Of a stretch of DNA of 64,000 nucleotides, positions 25,066 to 38,770 are shown piece by piece (position 1 is the stretch's first letter; each line of letters opens with the position of its first letter). The position numbers were made by a program, and so were the translations under genes. The stretch lies in NCBI RefSeq assembly GCF_006345805.1, contig NC_042998.1, positions 17,050,001 to 17,114,000 on the forward strand, read 5' to 3'. The DNA comes from Octopus sinensis. Taxonomy: Eukaryota. Below the pieces are notes generated by a model, which worked only from the letters and a program-made list of their open reading frames with translations, had not been told where the DNA came from and made no database searches.

Positions 25066-25586
25066 ATCATTGCACGGCCCAGTTTTTTGTTACTCTTGAT
25101 ACAAAGTAGCAATGTGTCTTATGTGCCTTTTTGCTGTTAAGTATCACACCCATAAATTTTACCAATAGAGTTACTAACGGATGAGTTTACCATATATTCA
25201 GACTTGACACAATTAGCCTTTTGCAGGTCCACTTTAAATAACTGACTACAAAAACCAATCAATAAATTATCTTCCCTTAAAACTCAAGAACCTCTATCAA
25301 TCTCTAATTATAAAAAGGGTACAGGATTTTAATATAATCCAGTATTTATTGTATACTTTCTCAATATAAAGTATGCTTGTCCCAAATTCCAGTTATGCCT
25401 CTGCCTAACATGGGCAGTTTTTGTTAATGTTCTGCTGTATCTAGACTACTTGTTTCAGAATTATTTGATTAGGTTTACTCCCCTTCATCTACTACCGGGT
25501 CTATGCTTTGTATTCTGAGGCTACAAATACTGCAATATCTTGCCTAAAATACTTATAAAATCATTAATGCCAACCTGCTTTAATAA
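25066..25586 (-). mobile_element. Possible degraded LINE ORF1 fragment
   Basis: Minus frames give pieces such as DPVVDEGSKPNQIILK, weakly like CR1/L2 ORF1 (RLG...PRPI). Confidence 0.3.
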
Positions 25587-26536
25587 TTGGGTCATCCCAT
25601 AAATAATGCAGTTTTTTAATATTTCTTTTATTTTTCAAAATTAAGATAAACAAAGTTCTTTTTTAATCTAAAATATATTCTCCATCATTTTCTACAATGC
25701 TCTTCTATCTATCTGGTACACTTGCGATTTCTCGCTTCCAAAATTCACTTGTCCTTGGCGAAAAATACTCCTCCATCACTGTGCTGACTTTGTCTACAGA
25801 GTTCATATTTCTTGTGTCCAAATGATATTAAAGACTGCAGAATAAATGACAATCAACTAGGACAATGTCCACAGTATAATATGGTGGATGGGGCATCGCT
25901 TGCCATTTAAACTGCTCCAGCTTTTGGAATGTCATCCTCGCTGTATGTGGCTGAGCATTATCCTGATGAAAGAACACCTTTCGTCTTGAAGCAAAAAGGT
26001 CGTCGTTTTTCCCCTAAGACTGATTTGAATGTCGGGTTGAATGACCAAATTCATGATTCTCTGCTAGGTCCACAGCAGTCATGATTCTCTGCTAGGTCCA
26101 CAACTGTCATGATGCAAACAAGGGTTTACAGCACGTCTTCGTCGAACTTTACAGATTTTCCAGGACGAGGTTTATCTTCTAGGCTGTAGCTTCATGCTCG
26201 GAATTTCTGGAACCACTGTCGACATAGACTTGCGCTTATTATTCAATCCCTATATACTACATTAATATACTTCGCATATTAAGTTGCAATGTTGCCTTTA
26301 TTGAACTCATAAATGAAAATATGTCGAATATGCTCCTTCGTCGCTTCTACTATTGCTTTTAAAAAAATAGCTGTAAAAATTGAACTGTACTCTTCAAAAT
26401 TTACACTAAGAATAAGTATTATGTAAAATTACCACTTGCTTTTATAGCAAGTTGATGCAAGTAGTTTGTCCCTTCCACCGCCAACTACTATTTCAGCCAA
26501 TTAAAAAACAACCTTATTATCTATGGGTTGACCCAA
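25587..26536 (-). mobile_element. Mariner transposon, internally deleted and decayed, with both TIRs
   Basis: TIRs ttgggtcatcccataaataat / attatctatgggttgacccaa followed by TA; minus: EHIRHIFIYEFNKG, LEDKPRPG, VFFHQDNAQPH, WQAMPHPPY. Confidence 0.88.
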
Positions 26537-26699
26537 TACATACATACTGATGTAATAATTGAATTACATTGACATACATAATGCGCACCGCTCGTATAGC
26601 AATACATTGGGGAAAAAAAAAACAGTAGACAATTAAGAAACGGTCATTTATGATAAGAACAACATGTTATCTATTGCATTCTTTTCTAATTCATTAATA

Positions 26700-26912
26700 A
26701 GGCGCGAGCTGACAGAAACGTTAGCACGCCAGGCGAAATTGCTTAGCAGCATTGTATTTGCCGCTACGTTCTGAGTTCAAATTCTGCCGATGTTGACTTT
26801 GCCTTTCATCCTTTCGGGCACGGTAAATTAAGTACTAGCTGCATACTGGGGTCGATCTAATCGACTGGTCGCGACTCCAAAATTTAGGGCCTTGTGCCCA
26901 GAGTAGAAAACA
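26700..26912 (+). mobile_element. SINE family B
   Basis: ggcgcgagctgacagaaacgttagcacgcc...gactttgcctttcatcctttcggg. Confidence 0.88.
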
Positions 26913-27989
26913 ATATTTTCCACTTAATAAATACAATGTAAACAGTTACATCTCCAACATTTACTAGCAACACTGCTAAATCAATGAGATTGTCTCTTTG
27001 CAACAGAGGCAATTCACAAGAAGATAAAATGAGTGAGGTTCTACTCACTAGACCCAACAATATGCATACACGAACGATATGCATACATATATATCATCAT
27101 GTGATCATGTGATCGATTATACTATCGAATGTTGTTATACATCGTTGATCACAATGCGCTTTACATCGCTTTACTTTTTAAATGACACCAACCAAATGGT
27201 TACCAAGATTCTCCCTTATTGGAAGAGTATTCCGTCGAAGAATATTCATTTTTAGCTTAGTAATCTGGAACAGCTTGAAATGAATGGTTTTGCCCATTAA
27301 GTAAGAAAATCGAGTCCACGCTCTACTGATCGTGATGCAACACATATCCATAGAGTCACACGCCCCCTCTCTCTCATACACTCACTCACAGACACAAATA
27401 CACATACACAAACACGCGCACACAAATGCACAGACACGCGTTTGCACATATATACACATACACACATAATATTCTGGAGCTTCTAGCACCAAATTTTGGA
27501 ACTCCGTTAAACTGGGCATCACTTCGTATTGCCAAAAACACCAGAACATCATGTAAAATTCAGACATGATATCTTAACAGTTATGTGTTCAAGGAGACAT
27601 AGTTTTGATTTTCATGCCAAAAACAATTCATAGAGAACTTCCAAGAGCAGTTATCGGTCTTTTCAGGGAACATTTAGTTATAGTTTGCATTGAGATACTG
27701 GATGAGCGCGTATGATTGAATGAAACACAAATAAGGATAGCTTTGTCCGTTTACTGTTTCATCTGAACCAAATTTGGAGACTGGGAAACAAAGTGACCTG
27801 AAATAAAGTATCGAACACAGCAATCTAGTCGCGTCTGATTTAAAAGTTCAAGACATTTTGAAAATACATGTGGTGTAGGTGGCAAAAAAAACATCAATGA
27901 CTTGGCATGTGTGTGGGTGTGTGGGCGCAAGTATGTGTATGTATGAAGCCAATGTGTATGTGTTTATATGTAAGCAAGAGCACGCGCAC

Positions 27990-28072
27990 GTGTGGCTGTG
28001 GGTGTATGAACAAGCATGTAATTGTGAACAAGCATGTGTGTGAGAAGAAGCATGTGGGTGTGAACAAGTATG
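27990..28072. repeat. Degenerate ~18-bp minisatellite
   Basis: tgaacaagcatgt-like unit, four times. Confidence 0.6.
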
Positions 28073-28089
28073 TCGTTTTGATCAACGTG

Positions 28090-28597
28090 ATTCTCAGGCG
28101 CTGTCCGGTTCCAACACTTCTAGCGGCTGTTCCTTCTTGCCTTTTCCATCTTCTGACTTTCATTTCACTGAACCCTTTCAACGTCGAGTATTTGACTGGT
28201 GCTAAAGATCGCATCTCATCAAACTGAATGCAATACTTAGAAGTATTTTCGGGATTGTCTGTCCTTACGGGGCTTAGAAAATCTTACGTTGATTTGAATT
28301 TTGAAACCTGTCTAGCAATCTTGAACAAATGTACTATGACTTTCTATGCTACAAATACTAGTTTGCTGAACTATTTTCAGACTACAGAACTAAATCTCGG
28401 ACTCTGTATGGACGACTTTGGAAAACTGCAGTTTTTTCTCCCAAGTCTACTTTCATATCCCATGATTGGGACACATGTAATAAACTATTTATCCTTTTTG
28501 CTATCCTCACTAGCTTTCCTCCTTCTTTCACGAATTTCATTGCCACCGTTGTTTTCACTTCATGATGGTGTTTCTTCAGCCGTTCTTGTTCTAGGGT
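28090..28597 (-). mobile_element. HERO/NeSL-like non-LTR 3' fragment (restriction-like endonuclease region)
   Basis: Minus: FVKEGGK...SWDMKVDLGEK(LQF)...RDLVL, resembling the DW.L.VDL...L.FP....LRPDIVLWS motif; frameshifted. Confidence 0.55.
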
Positions 28598-29835
28598 GAG
28601 AGAAAGAGATGGGGGGAGAGAGCGAGAGAGCTGGAAGCAATTTGTCATGGTGCTAATTCATGCACATTCGTATATGCACACACATACACTGACATATACA
28701 GAAATGCACGCACAATCACACATACACACACAAAAATATTCTCACATGCACATACACATATACATATATTCTTACACAAATACAAGCACTTAATCCGTGT
28801 ATGTGTGTGTGCTTATGGTAGAAAATAGAGATGTAATATTCAATTGAATATAGCACTTCCTTTGTTCTTTTGTTATAATATCATCCGGTCTGTCATATAT
28901 GAACGAACGCTCAATTATCTAGACAATACTAACGATATGGAAGGATTTAGTTTAACGTGCCTCTATTTGTGCAACTTGTGTACATGAACATTGAAGGTTT
29001 AAAATGCATTCAATCTAAATATCTAAAATATCTAACTTTATTCAGAAGCAGTTGTATAGAATTGGGAATCGAGAACAATTGTCTTGGTTATTGTTGCTTT
29101 CTCCGTTGGACGAATGCATACATTGCTATGAATGTGCTCATTAAGCAGAATCTATATTATTTCTTGGTGCACACTTAGAGATCAAACACAGTCTAAATAT
29201 TGGCATACTTATTGCTAGTTGGTGTCTATAGAATCATTACTGCAATTTATACGAATTTGTCACTTGACTGAATACACTTTAGTAATATTTAGGCATGAAA
29301 TTATGTGACAGCCTATTCGACCAGGTCAGTGCAATGTTCAATCACAGTGTTATATTGATGATATTCTCTTTATTGGCGAATTTCCTATTCCGATTTCTTC
29401 ATTCATTGAACCGTAATCCGTTTCAATACAATGAAAACAACTTATGGTTATTTGTCTCGAAATTCTGAAAGCTTTTAATTCTTCCAATACTGTGTAATTA
29501 GTTAAAACTCGGGAAATCAATCAATTATCTCTTATATCAAACGCATCTAACTACGTAAAAATGTAAATGATAAATCTGTATTTGCATGCAGCCTTCTATG
29601 ATGATTTCAATTTCTCTTTCTGTTTATCCATCTAAATATAACACATTATAGATTATAAACATATACATAGATCATTACATACATGCGAGCCTAGAAGCCC
29701 ATAATACTGTGCATTTGACCGGAAGAAAAATATATAACCATTTTCACAATATTTCAGATGTGTGGGTTTAAATGGAATGGCATAACTTTGAGATCAGAAT
29801 GTAGCTGTATTTCAAACAGTCTTTAATGAATATGT

Positions 29836-29931
<96 letters not shown>

Positions 29932-29954
29932 CATATATATATACATGCACATAC

Positions 29955-30028
<74 letters not shown>

Positions 30029-30033
30029 GGACC

Positions 30034-30394
<361 letters not shown>

Positions 30395-32035
30395 AATATA
30401 TATATACATGCATATATACACGCATTTACCTATATATCTACATCTCTGTGCCTCTCTATCTATCTAATTTTTTATCCATCTATCCGTATTTCCGTCCATC
30501 TCTTTCTCTCTTTCTTTCTCTCTCTCTCTCTCTCTCTCTCCACACACACATATAGCATGTTTTCATAATGCTCTGTTTTTGAGATTCCCGGCTGATGCGT
30601 GATGAAAAGATTTATCACACTGGCTACATTTGTCTGCATTACTGATGCGTTTATAGTTGAAGAGAGTATATTATTTTTATTTATATTCTACAATTGAACT
30701 ACTACAAGTCATTATTCGAATACGCTATACTTTTACAAAATTAAATAGCTACGATATTGCATTACTAAGTATTATAACTGCCCTGTACTTTAAACTATGA
30801 TGGGATTAGCATTCAGGAACGTCTGATCTGATTGGTAGGAATTTCAGTGGTTCCCAATTTGTTTTATTACAACATATGTATGCAATAATTGCCTAAACAA
30901 AGTACACGATTTAAAAGTTTATTCTTAAGATCATGTTATTTTTCCATGTGTAACAGTGTAACACATTTCAAATGTTCCTGATAAATTTTTACGCACATAT
31001 TTTAGATGATGATGCTAAAACGGCCTCCGCCAGAAAGAATTACAATTAACACACATGTGTGCGTTTGAATTTTACATTTGTAATTGGAGGCATGTGAAAA
31101 TACTTGTATGCTAGCTTCTAGAACGCCATGTCTATTTAGCAGTTATAATTCTATTCTATTGTAAAATGCACATCTATATCACAGAGATTTGTGATTTATT
31201 GCTCTGATTTATGACATTTGTATAATATGTAAAATGTTGTAGAAATGCCACGCACACGGAATACAAAGACAGCTATATCGAAATGTCATATAGCATTCAA
31301 TATATAATAAATAACTGGTATTTATTTACACACACGCACAGACACATGCGCAAACACATATCCACACGCACACAAAGGAACGCACACATATTAAATGCAA
31401 GACTGTGTATCTCTCTCTCTCTCTCTGTCTATCTATCTACGTATCTATATACCTATGTATCTATATCTATCTAACTATCTATCTATCTGTCTATCTATTT
31501 ATATATATATATATTATGTGCATGATTGTGCTTGCAAGCATGTAAATGTATAAATGTGTAAATCCACGCGCACACATCAATATATATATACACATGCATG
31601 TATATATAAACGTGTGTGTGTTTGTCTGTATGTATGCATGTCCGTCTGTCTGACTCTATGCCTTTCTCTATGTATGTATATATATATATGTATGTGTGTG
31701 TATGTATGTATGTATGTATGTATATATGTATGCATGCATGTATGCGACATTCTTTTGAAATAATATTACTTTGAAATAAAACATACATTCCAAAATCATT
31801 TTACTCCTTGGATAGTTTCGAATATATTAATTACCTAGGTTATACGTTTTTTAAAATTGAATTATATTAAAACGCGTACATATTCTTGTTTGTAAAACAT
31901 AAAAAATCTCTATACAATATTTCATAGAAATGCCGCAATGTATTTACAAAAGAACGCCCTATATGCAGCTATCTAGATAAGGTATTACTCTGACTGAAGT
32001 GGTAGCGTATGCCAGCTTTCTAATTATATTGAAGA

Positions 32036-32419
32036 TCTCTCTCTATATAAACGGCAGTTTGTCTGTGCGTTTTCTGTGTGTCTGTTTTCTCGTACCCTCA
32101 CTCTGACCATGGCTTTCAACCGATTCTGATGAAACTTGACACACGCATAGCCCAATGTCATAATTCAAAACTAACGCAGCGAAAATTTTGAAAAGTTCCC
32201 CCAGTTCTGAAAAAAATCGATAAATTCGACATGGGGTCGAGAATTAGAAACCAAAACCACAGACCGTCTAGCGGACGCAACTCTACCTTTTTTAACTCTC
32301 AAAAAAAATTTACCAGCATTTTTTTCCCATTCTTTTGCTATTTTTTGGCTATAACTCTCTAAAAATGCTTTATAGTTATTTCCCTTACAAACCTGAGCAA
32401 CGCCGGGCGATACTGCTAG
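32036..32419 (+). mobile_element. Non-autonomous Helitron
   Basis: 5' A|TC start (tctctctctatataaacggc); subterminal hairpin cctgagcaacgccggg; 3' CTAG|T; no TSD. Confidence 0.82.
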
Positions 32420-32530
32420 TTTTTTTATAAAACTCATTAAGACGGATGTTACCATAGATCTCAAAGAACAAAATCCCAACTTATGTTTGTCCCTCTCTCT
32501 CCTTTTCTCTCTCTATGTATGTATGTATAC

Positions 32531-32627
<97 letters not shown>

Positions 32628-32674
32628 ATATATATATATATATATATATGCATGTATATATATATATATGTGTG

Positions 32675-32864
32675 TGTGACCGCGTGTGTAAGGTTGGCGA
32701 TTTTCTCCACTGTCTTCCCTTCCTTGTATCTTTCCTTTTTCTAGATTTCTTACGAAGAACTCCGCTCGAAACGTTAAATCTTCCTTCGTTCTTTCGTTTC
32801 CTGAGCATCCAATAACACTATACTTGTTCCACATCCTCGTGTTATTGTGTTTTCATGTTTTGAT

Positions 32865-32868
<4 letters not shown>
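32675..32868 (+). mobile_element. HHR repeat family F copy (diverged)
   Basis: gattt-CTTACGA-agaactccgctc-GAAA-CG-TT-aaatc at 32744-32780. Confidence 0.75.
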
Positions 32869-32902
<34 letters not shown>

Positions 32903-33174
32903 ATTTATTTATTTATTTAAATAAAAATAAAAATTAAAATAAAATAAAAAATATATATATATAAAAATTTTTTTAATAAATTAATAATTTTTATTTTTAA
33001 CTTTAAATTTGAACATTTCAAATTTTAAATATTGTACTTTATATATATTATATATATTTTGTATATTATATTAATTATTTTGATTTCTATGTTTTGTTTT
33101 ATGTTTTTCACTGTTTGATTTGCCTAATAGTGGTTTTATTTTTAATTTAATTTATATATATATATATATATATC

Positions 33175-33650
33175 TGTAGATCCATTATTTAGGCAGAATG
33201 GTATACTTATAAGATTACAATACCTTGTGAGTAAGCTCCAATAGTATTTAATATTGGTCTTTCCAAGCATAGAATTTGTACATAGTTTTATTGAATCGAG
33301 GGTCTTATTTAACACTGTATACAAACTCTATACTTAGTATGACCAATTTTAAATATTATTGGAACTTACTCACAAGATACTTGAATCTTATATGTATACC
33401 ATTCTGCCTCAATAATGGATATACAAATCCAATATCCCTGTATATCTCATTTCTATTTTAATCCCTCCACTTCACTCTCTATTGTATATCTTATTTTATC
33501 TACTGCTTAACTATTTTCTCACGACGGCTCCGATGAAGGGATATATAAAATATCCCGGAAACAACTGTAACACCTTCTATTTGTAAATGTCCTAAAATCT
33601 TTCAAAGCCTTGGATTTTTATATCAATCTGAAATTTTTTTCCTATATATA
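33175..33650 (+). mobile_element. Penelope-like 3' end with inverted 5' segment, GIY-YIG-type C-terminus remnant and hammerhead
   Basis: 33175-33285 is an imperfect reverse complement of 33314-33425; frames give TNFK, KILESY, LNNGYTNPISLYI; CCGATGA-a-gggatat-ataaa-atatccc-g-GAAA-C-aact-G-TA at 33530-33569. Confidence 0.7.
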
Positions 33651-33826
33651 CACATACCGATATATGACCTACTTTGGACTCCACATTCGCATAATCACCG
33701 AGACCGAAGCTTAGCTATGATCTGTCCATCGCATTTACTAAGCATTACCTGTCACCTTTGGGTTTTATTGACACCATTACTTCTCATAACCTCTCTCTCT
33801 CTTTCACTAAGTGTGTGTGTGTGTGC

Positions 33827-33874
<48 letters not shown>

Positions 33875-33876
<2 letters not shown>

Positions 33877-34038
33877 CGGGAACGTTTACGAAAATAAACA
33901 AAGACGAAGGCAGGTGGAGTGCAAACAAACAAATGCATTGTTATAGCGCTCAGGAATAGAAATAGAAAATGTCTTTTACGTTTTGAGCCTACGCTCTTCG
34001 ACAGAAAGATACACAGAAATAAGCAAGGAGAGAAACAA

Positions 34039-34040
<2 letters not shown>
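33875..34040 (-). mobile_element. HHR repeat family G copy
   Basis: Homolog of 12104-12282 with (TA)n on both sides; HHR-like 33972-34009 (G12>A). Confidence 0.85.
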
Positions 34041-34113
<73 letters not shown>

Positions 34114-34162
34114 ATGCACACATATGTACATATAAATATTTATATATTCAAACATATATATA

Positions 34163-34220
<58 letters not shown>

Positions 34221-35184
34221 GGTATGTATGTATTTTCATCTGCTTGTGTATATATTATGATAGTATGCTTTAATCATCTACATATCACTGGATATTTTTG
34301 TACAAGTGTCCAGATTATCATTTCCTATTGCGTTTTCACAGTAGTATTCAAATAGGTAGACAGGAACATGAGCTGTATATTACTAGAAAATATCACGAAA
34401 CCAATTATTTTTATCTCGGAAACATTTAAGTGGGTATACATCTTTTTCGCGTGGTTACAAAGTATTTGTTATGTCGTTTGTATTCTAACAAGACGATTAC
34501 AAGCAAAATATATTGATAGAAACAAGTTTATTCCTGCGTATGGTAGATAGTGTACAAACACACAATAAACGACAGAAGGAATTATAGAAAAGAAGAAAAG
34601 CGATACATTTCTATATTTCTGAGAGGAGGTATTTATATATTATGTATTAGACAGAGCGGTAGCCACATCTTGATTGTTGCTTTCACTGATATATTAATTC
34701 CTCATTTCAGAAATATAGAATTGTATTATCCAATCGGCCCGGTGCCGATATAAAATATCTGAGGAAATTTACAAGTCTTAACACTTCATTCAGACACTGC
34801 CTACGAGCATAGCGTAATGAATAAATGTACTGAAATGCAATGCAGTAGCCTTAAGTTTCTGAGTTCAATCTCAAGCGAGGCACTGAGGGTGATTCACAAG
34901 ACACCTGAACTGGAGTGCATATTGCCAAAATATAGGACACCTCTACGAGGAATTCATAGTAAAGGAGACATGACTCGTACATATTTATATTAGTAAGTTA
35001 ATAGCAAGATAGATATCAAGGAGATTTGCAGACGCTACTTTCAGTGAAATTAGCCTGTACACGATGCTTCTAGTTTACAGTAGCTGTATGATATACGGCA
35101 CACACCACGCTCTGTCATTGTCAAATGAGTATGGTCAACATAAATGCTTTGTGTGTGCAACAGACTCACGTCAATTGAAAATTA

Positions 35185-35185
<1 letters not shown>

Positions 35186-35231
<46 letters not shown>

Positions 35232-35239
35232 TATTAGAT

Positions 35240-35293
<54 letters not shown>
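35186..35293. repeat. (TAT)n followed by (GTA)n trinucleotide repeats
   Basis: Direct reading. Confidence 0.95.
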
Positions 35294-35294
<1 letters not shown>

Positions 35295-35530
35295 GTAGAC
35301 CCGTGAAAAATTCGCGGAAAACAAAAAATGTACGCATCTGTAAACACTGTACTGGTGCCATGAGAAATGCTTGTATTTTAAAATTGTCTGTCTTTACGTT
35401 CTGAGTTCCAATTCTGTAGAGGCCGACTGCGCCTTTCGTCCTTTCGGCGCCGATAAATTAAGTACCAGTTGTATACTGGTGTCGATCTAATTAACTGGGC
35501 CCTTCCCCACAAAAGTTTCAGGCCTAGGAA
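35295..35530 (+). mobile_element. SINE family B (diverged head)
   Basis: tacgttctgagttccaattc...gcctttcgtcctttcggcgccgataaattaagtaccagtt. Confidence 0.75.
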
Positions 35531-35702
35531 AGTATATTGTGACAGTTACAGAATATCAAAAGTAATGTAACACCATGACTATATAATCCAACCAAAACAT
35601 CTCAGTTACACAAACGTAAACGTAATTACTATTTAACCATAAAATATATTGTAAGTATTCAAAGAACATTCTTGGTTTAGTGGTACGGAACGTTTTTCTG
35701 GT

Positions 35703-35928
35703 ATTCTTTTATTCTTTTACTTGTTTCAGTCATTTAAAGGTGGCCATGTGGGAGCACCACCCTTTAGTCGAAGAAATTGACCCTTGGACTTATTTCCTGT
35801 AAGCCTAGTGCTTATTCTATCAGTCTCTTCTGCTGAACAGCTAAAGTACAGAGACGCCAACTCGCCAACACAGGTTGTCAACCAATGGTGGTGGTGGGAC
35901 AAACACAGGCGCAAACACACACGCACAT

Positions 35929-35966
<38 letters not shown>

Positions 35967-35990
35967 TCACACACACACACACACATATAT

Positions 35991-36038
<48 letters not shown>

Positions 36039-36046
36039 CGGGCTTA
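35703..36046 (-). mobile_element. SINE family A 3' half
   Basis: cttttacttgtttcagtcatt...gggacaaacaca...gacgggctt. Confidence 0.85.
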
Positions 36047-37705
36047 AAGGTAGTGGTGATGCTGGCTTGTGCGATTTTCTGGTTTGCTGGTATGCTGAGG
36101 GAGATTCAACGGGCCCATAAGTGGTTCCCCGATCTTCAAGGTTTTATATGGATGTGTAATGATGACACACCAATCAACGAGCCAGAAATTCTAACTTAAA
36201 AAGATAACGTTGTAATCCGAAGCCAAAAGATGTTTTTTTAGCTGAAGTGTAATTTTGTAATGAAAACAAATTCAAAATTTTACTTTTGGAACAAAGCACC
36301 ACGGTTTTTGATGTATGGCTGCAGTTGAAATGGGTTAAAAGAAATGTGTGTGTGTGTGTGTGGTTTAGCCTTTAGTAGCAGTTTTAGGTCACACGCACAA
36401 TCATATATATGCAAACATACACATACACAAAAACATACCTAGAGAGAGAGGCAGACAGACAGTGTCAGATAGTCCACAATGAAATCTTCACCTCTCTTTC
36501 TCTCTCTCTCTCTCTCTCACTCTCTTTCTCCCTCTCTCTGTCTCTCTCTCTTCTTTGAAACATATTCTGCAGATTAGTTTCTTTTTTTAATCACCGATTA
36601 TTTTGTGGGGTTTTTGTTTGTTTTTTTTGCCACATTCTAGTTTTCGCTATTTCTATATGGTCGCATTTTTGTAATATATTAACCATTGCTTACCATTCAA
36701 AGATATACAGTTTTATTGTTCTGAGTTTTACACATTTTCAATTTCGCTCCATTTGTGTCACCTTTGACAAAAATATAACAATTTATTATAATCCTTCTGC
36801 ATATGCAAAACAGAATATCCCGGAGTATAGTAGCAGTCGTACTCTCTGCATTATTTCTTTGTTTATACCACGTATTTCTCTTCTATTTATTTTATGATAC
36901 TCACATTATTTCCAGTATTTAAAAATTCCAAAAACAGTTGTGCCTCTACATATATTCTTGTAGTTAATTTTGAGGATTCAAATGCAAAGTTTTTAATCAT
37001 TAATTTTAACTGTTGCTTAATGTGTGTGTATGTATATATGTATATATATATATTGTATGTCACAAAATTTAATGATATGGGTAACCCCTTCAGATTTGTT
37101 TTTATTACGCAGAGCCGAATCAATTTTCTTTCGCGGAAATTCGTCTTATCTACCTTGGTCACCGTTAAGATTTTTCTTCTCTATTTCCCTCTGTGAAGAT
37201 TTCTCTGGTACTACCCTTGACATGTGTGAATTTGCCATCGTTATATTAAAATTTGTTAGCGGTTCTGAATAAGACTTAGATTTTAGATTCTTAAGTATAT
37301 GCTGTTTCTCTTATTGGCCTATATTCTTTCTTAAATGCAGCTTCCCTAAACACACGGAACTGTGAAGGGTTAGTGTTCTAAATATAACAGAGAAAACTAT
37401 TCTTATTAAAAAATGGAGATTAGATTTATTGTTCCCATGGAAATCAAATGTTTTAGTCACACCCTTATTGTATACTAGAGTTCGTTCAATTTTCTTAACG
37501 ATGTTTTCTTATATTCATCAAGCGATAAAGATACCAATCACGAGCATCTATTAATATACTGGCTATTAATACACAGGCTTTTAAAGAATTCACATAGTGT
37601 TGTGGCGTACACTGTCATCGTGCAAGTTGCACGGTATGTATTGAATTTAACTACTTCTTTTGTAAAATGTAGCATTTCTATGAGGCTGGTAAGATGATAT
37701 ATGAA

Positions 37706-38263
37706 GGCGGCGATCTGGCAGAAACGTTAGCACCCCGGGCGCAATGCTAAGCGGTATTTCGTCTGTCTTTACGTTCTAAGTTCAAATTCCGCCGAGGTCG
37801 ACTTTGCCTTTCATCCTTTTGGGGTCGATTAAATAAGTACCAGTTACGCACCGGGGTCGATATCATCGACTTAATCCGTTTGTCTGTCCTTCTTTCTCCT
37901 CTCTGTGTTTAGCCCCTTGTGGGTGGTAAAGAAACAGGTATTTCGTCTGCCGTTACGTCCTGAGTTCAAATTCCGCCGAGGTCGACTTTGCCTTTCATCC
38001 TTTCGGGATCGATTAAATAAGTACCAGTTACGCACTGGGGTCGATATAGTTGACTTAATCCGTTTGTCTGTCCTTGTTTTTCCTCTCTGTGTTTATTCCC
38101 GTGTGGGTAGTAAAGAAACAGGTATTTCGTCTGCCGTTACGTCCTAAGTTCAAATTCCGCCGAGGTCGACTTTGCCTTTCATCCTTTCGGGGTCGATTAA
38201 ATCCGTTTGTCTGTCCTTGTTTGTCCTCTCTGTGTTAAGCCTCTTCTTTGTAGTAAAGAAATA
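37706..38263 (+). mobile_element. SINE family B with three tandem internal units
   Basis: One head at 37706; unit starts ggtatttcgtctg at 37753, 37937 and 38121 (period 184); TSD ggtaag(a/g)tgatatat at 37688-37702 and 38264-38278. Confidence 0.92.
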
Positions 38264-38548
38264 GGTAAGGTGATATATTTTCTCAGAAAACAACCTATTC
38301 ATTAGAAAACATAATACTAGTGACCAGGTTATAGTTTCATACTTTTGCTGTAGATGTAAGATTTTGAGAGAATTAATTGTTATTTCACATCTAATAACAG
38401 ACTACGGTTTCGAAATGATCTTTAACAATTCGCGCAATGTTTTCGACAACAAACTTTATATTTCCTGTCTGTGAACTTTATTTTACACCTTGTTTTGTTC
38501 TCCTTGTATCTCTCTCCTCCCGCTCTCTTTTTCTGTTTGTCTGTCTTT

Positions 38549-38770
38549 ATGTATGTATGTATGTATGTATGTATGTATGTATGTTTGTATGTATGTATGT
38601 ATGTTTGTATGTATGTTTGCATGTATGTATGTGTGTATGTGTGTATATATGTATATATGTATGTATGTGTGTGTGTATGCATGTATGTATGTATGTATGT
38701 ATGTATGTATGTATGTATGTATGTATGTATGTATGTATTTATGTATGTATGTATGTATGCATGCATGCAT
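38549..38770. repeat. (TATG)n microsatellite
   Basis: Direct reading. Confidence 0.95.

Noticed and set aside
27090-27870. Non-microsatellite blocks that may be TE remnants
   Set aside because: No diagnostic motif could be read in any frame
32126-32136. CTGATGAAAC within the Helitron (and CTGATGAAAG at ~25965 in the mariner)
   Set aside because: No stem II between the core halves and no stems I or III; not hammerheads
36050-36338. Possible piggyBac end (gggttaa), and ttaaccct at 16293
   Set aside because: Only the short terminal motif; no paired TIR or transposase similarity seen
37753-38263. Regular repeat array that might suggest CRISPR
   Set aside because: 184-bp SINE units with no unique spacers, no cas genes, eukaryotic context
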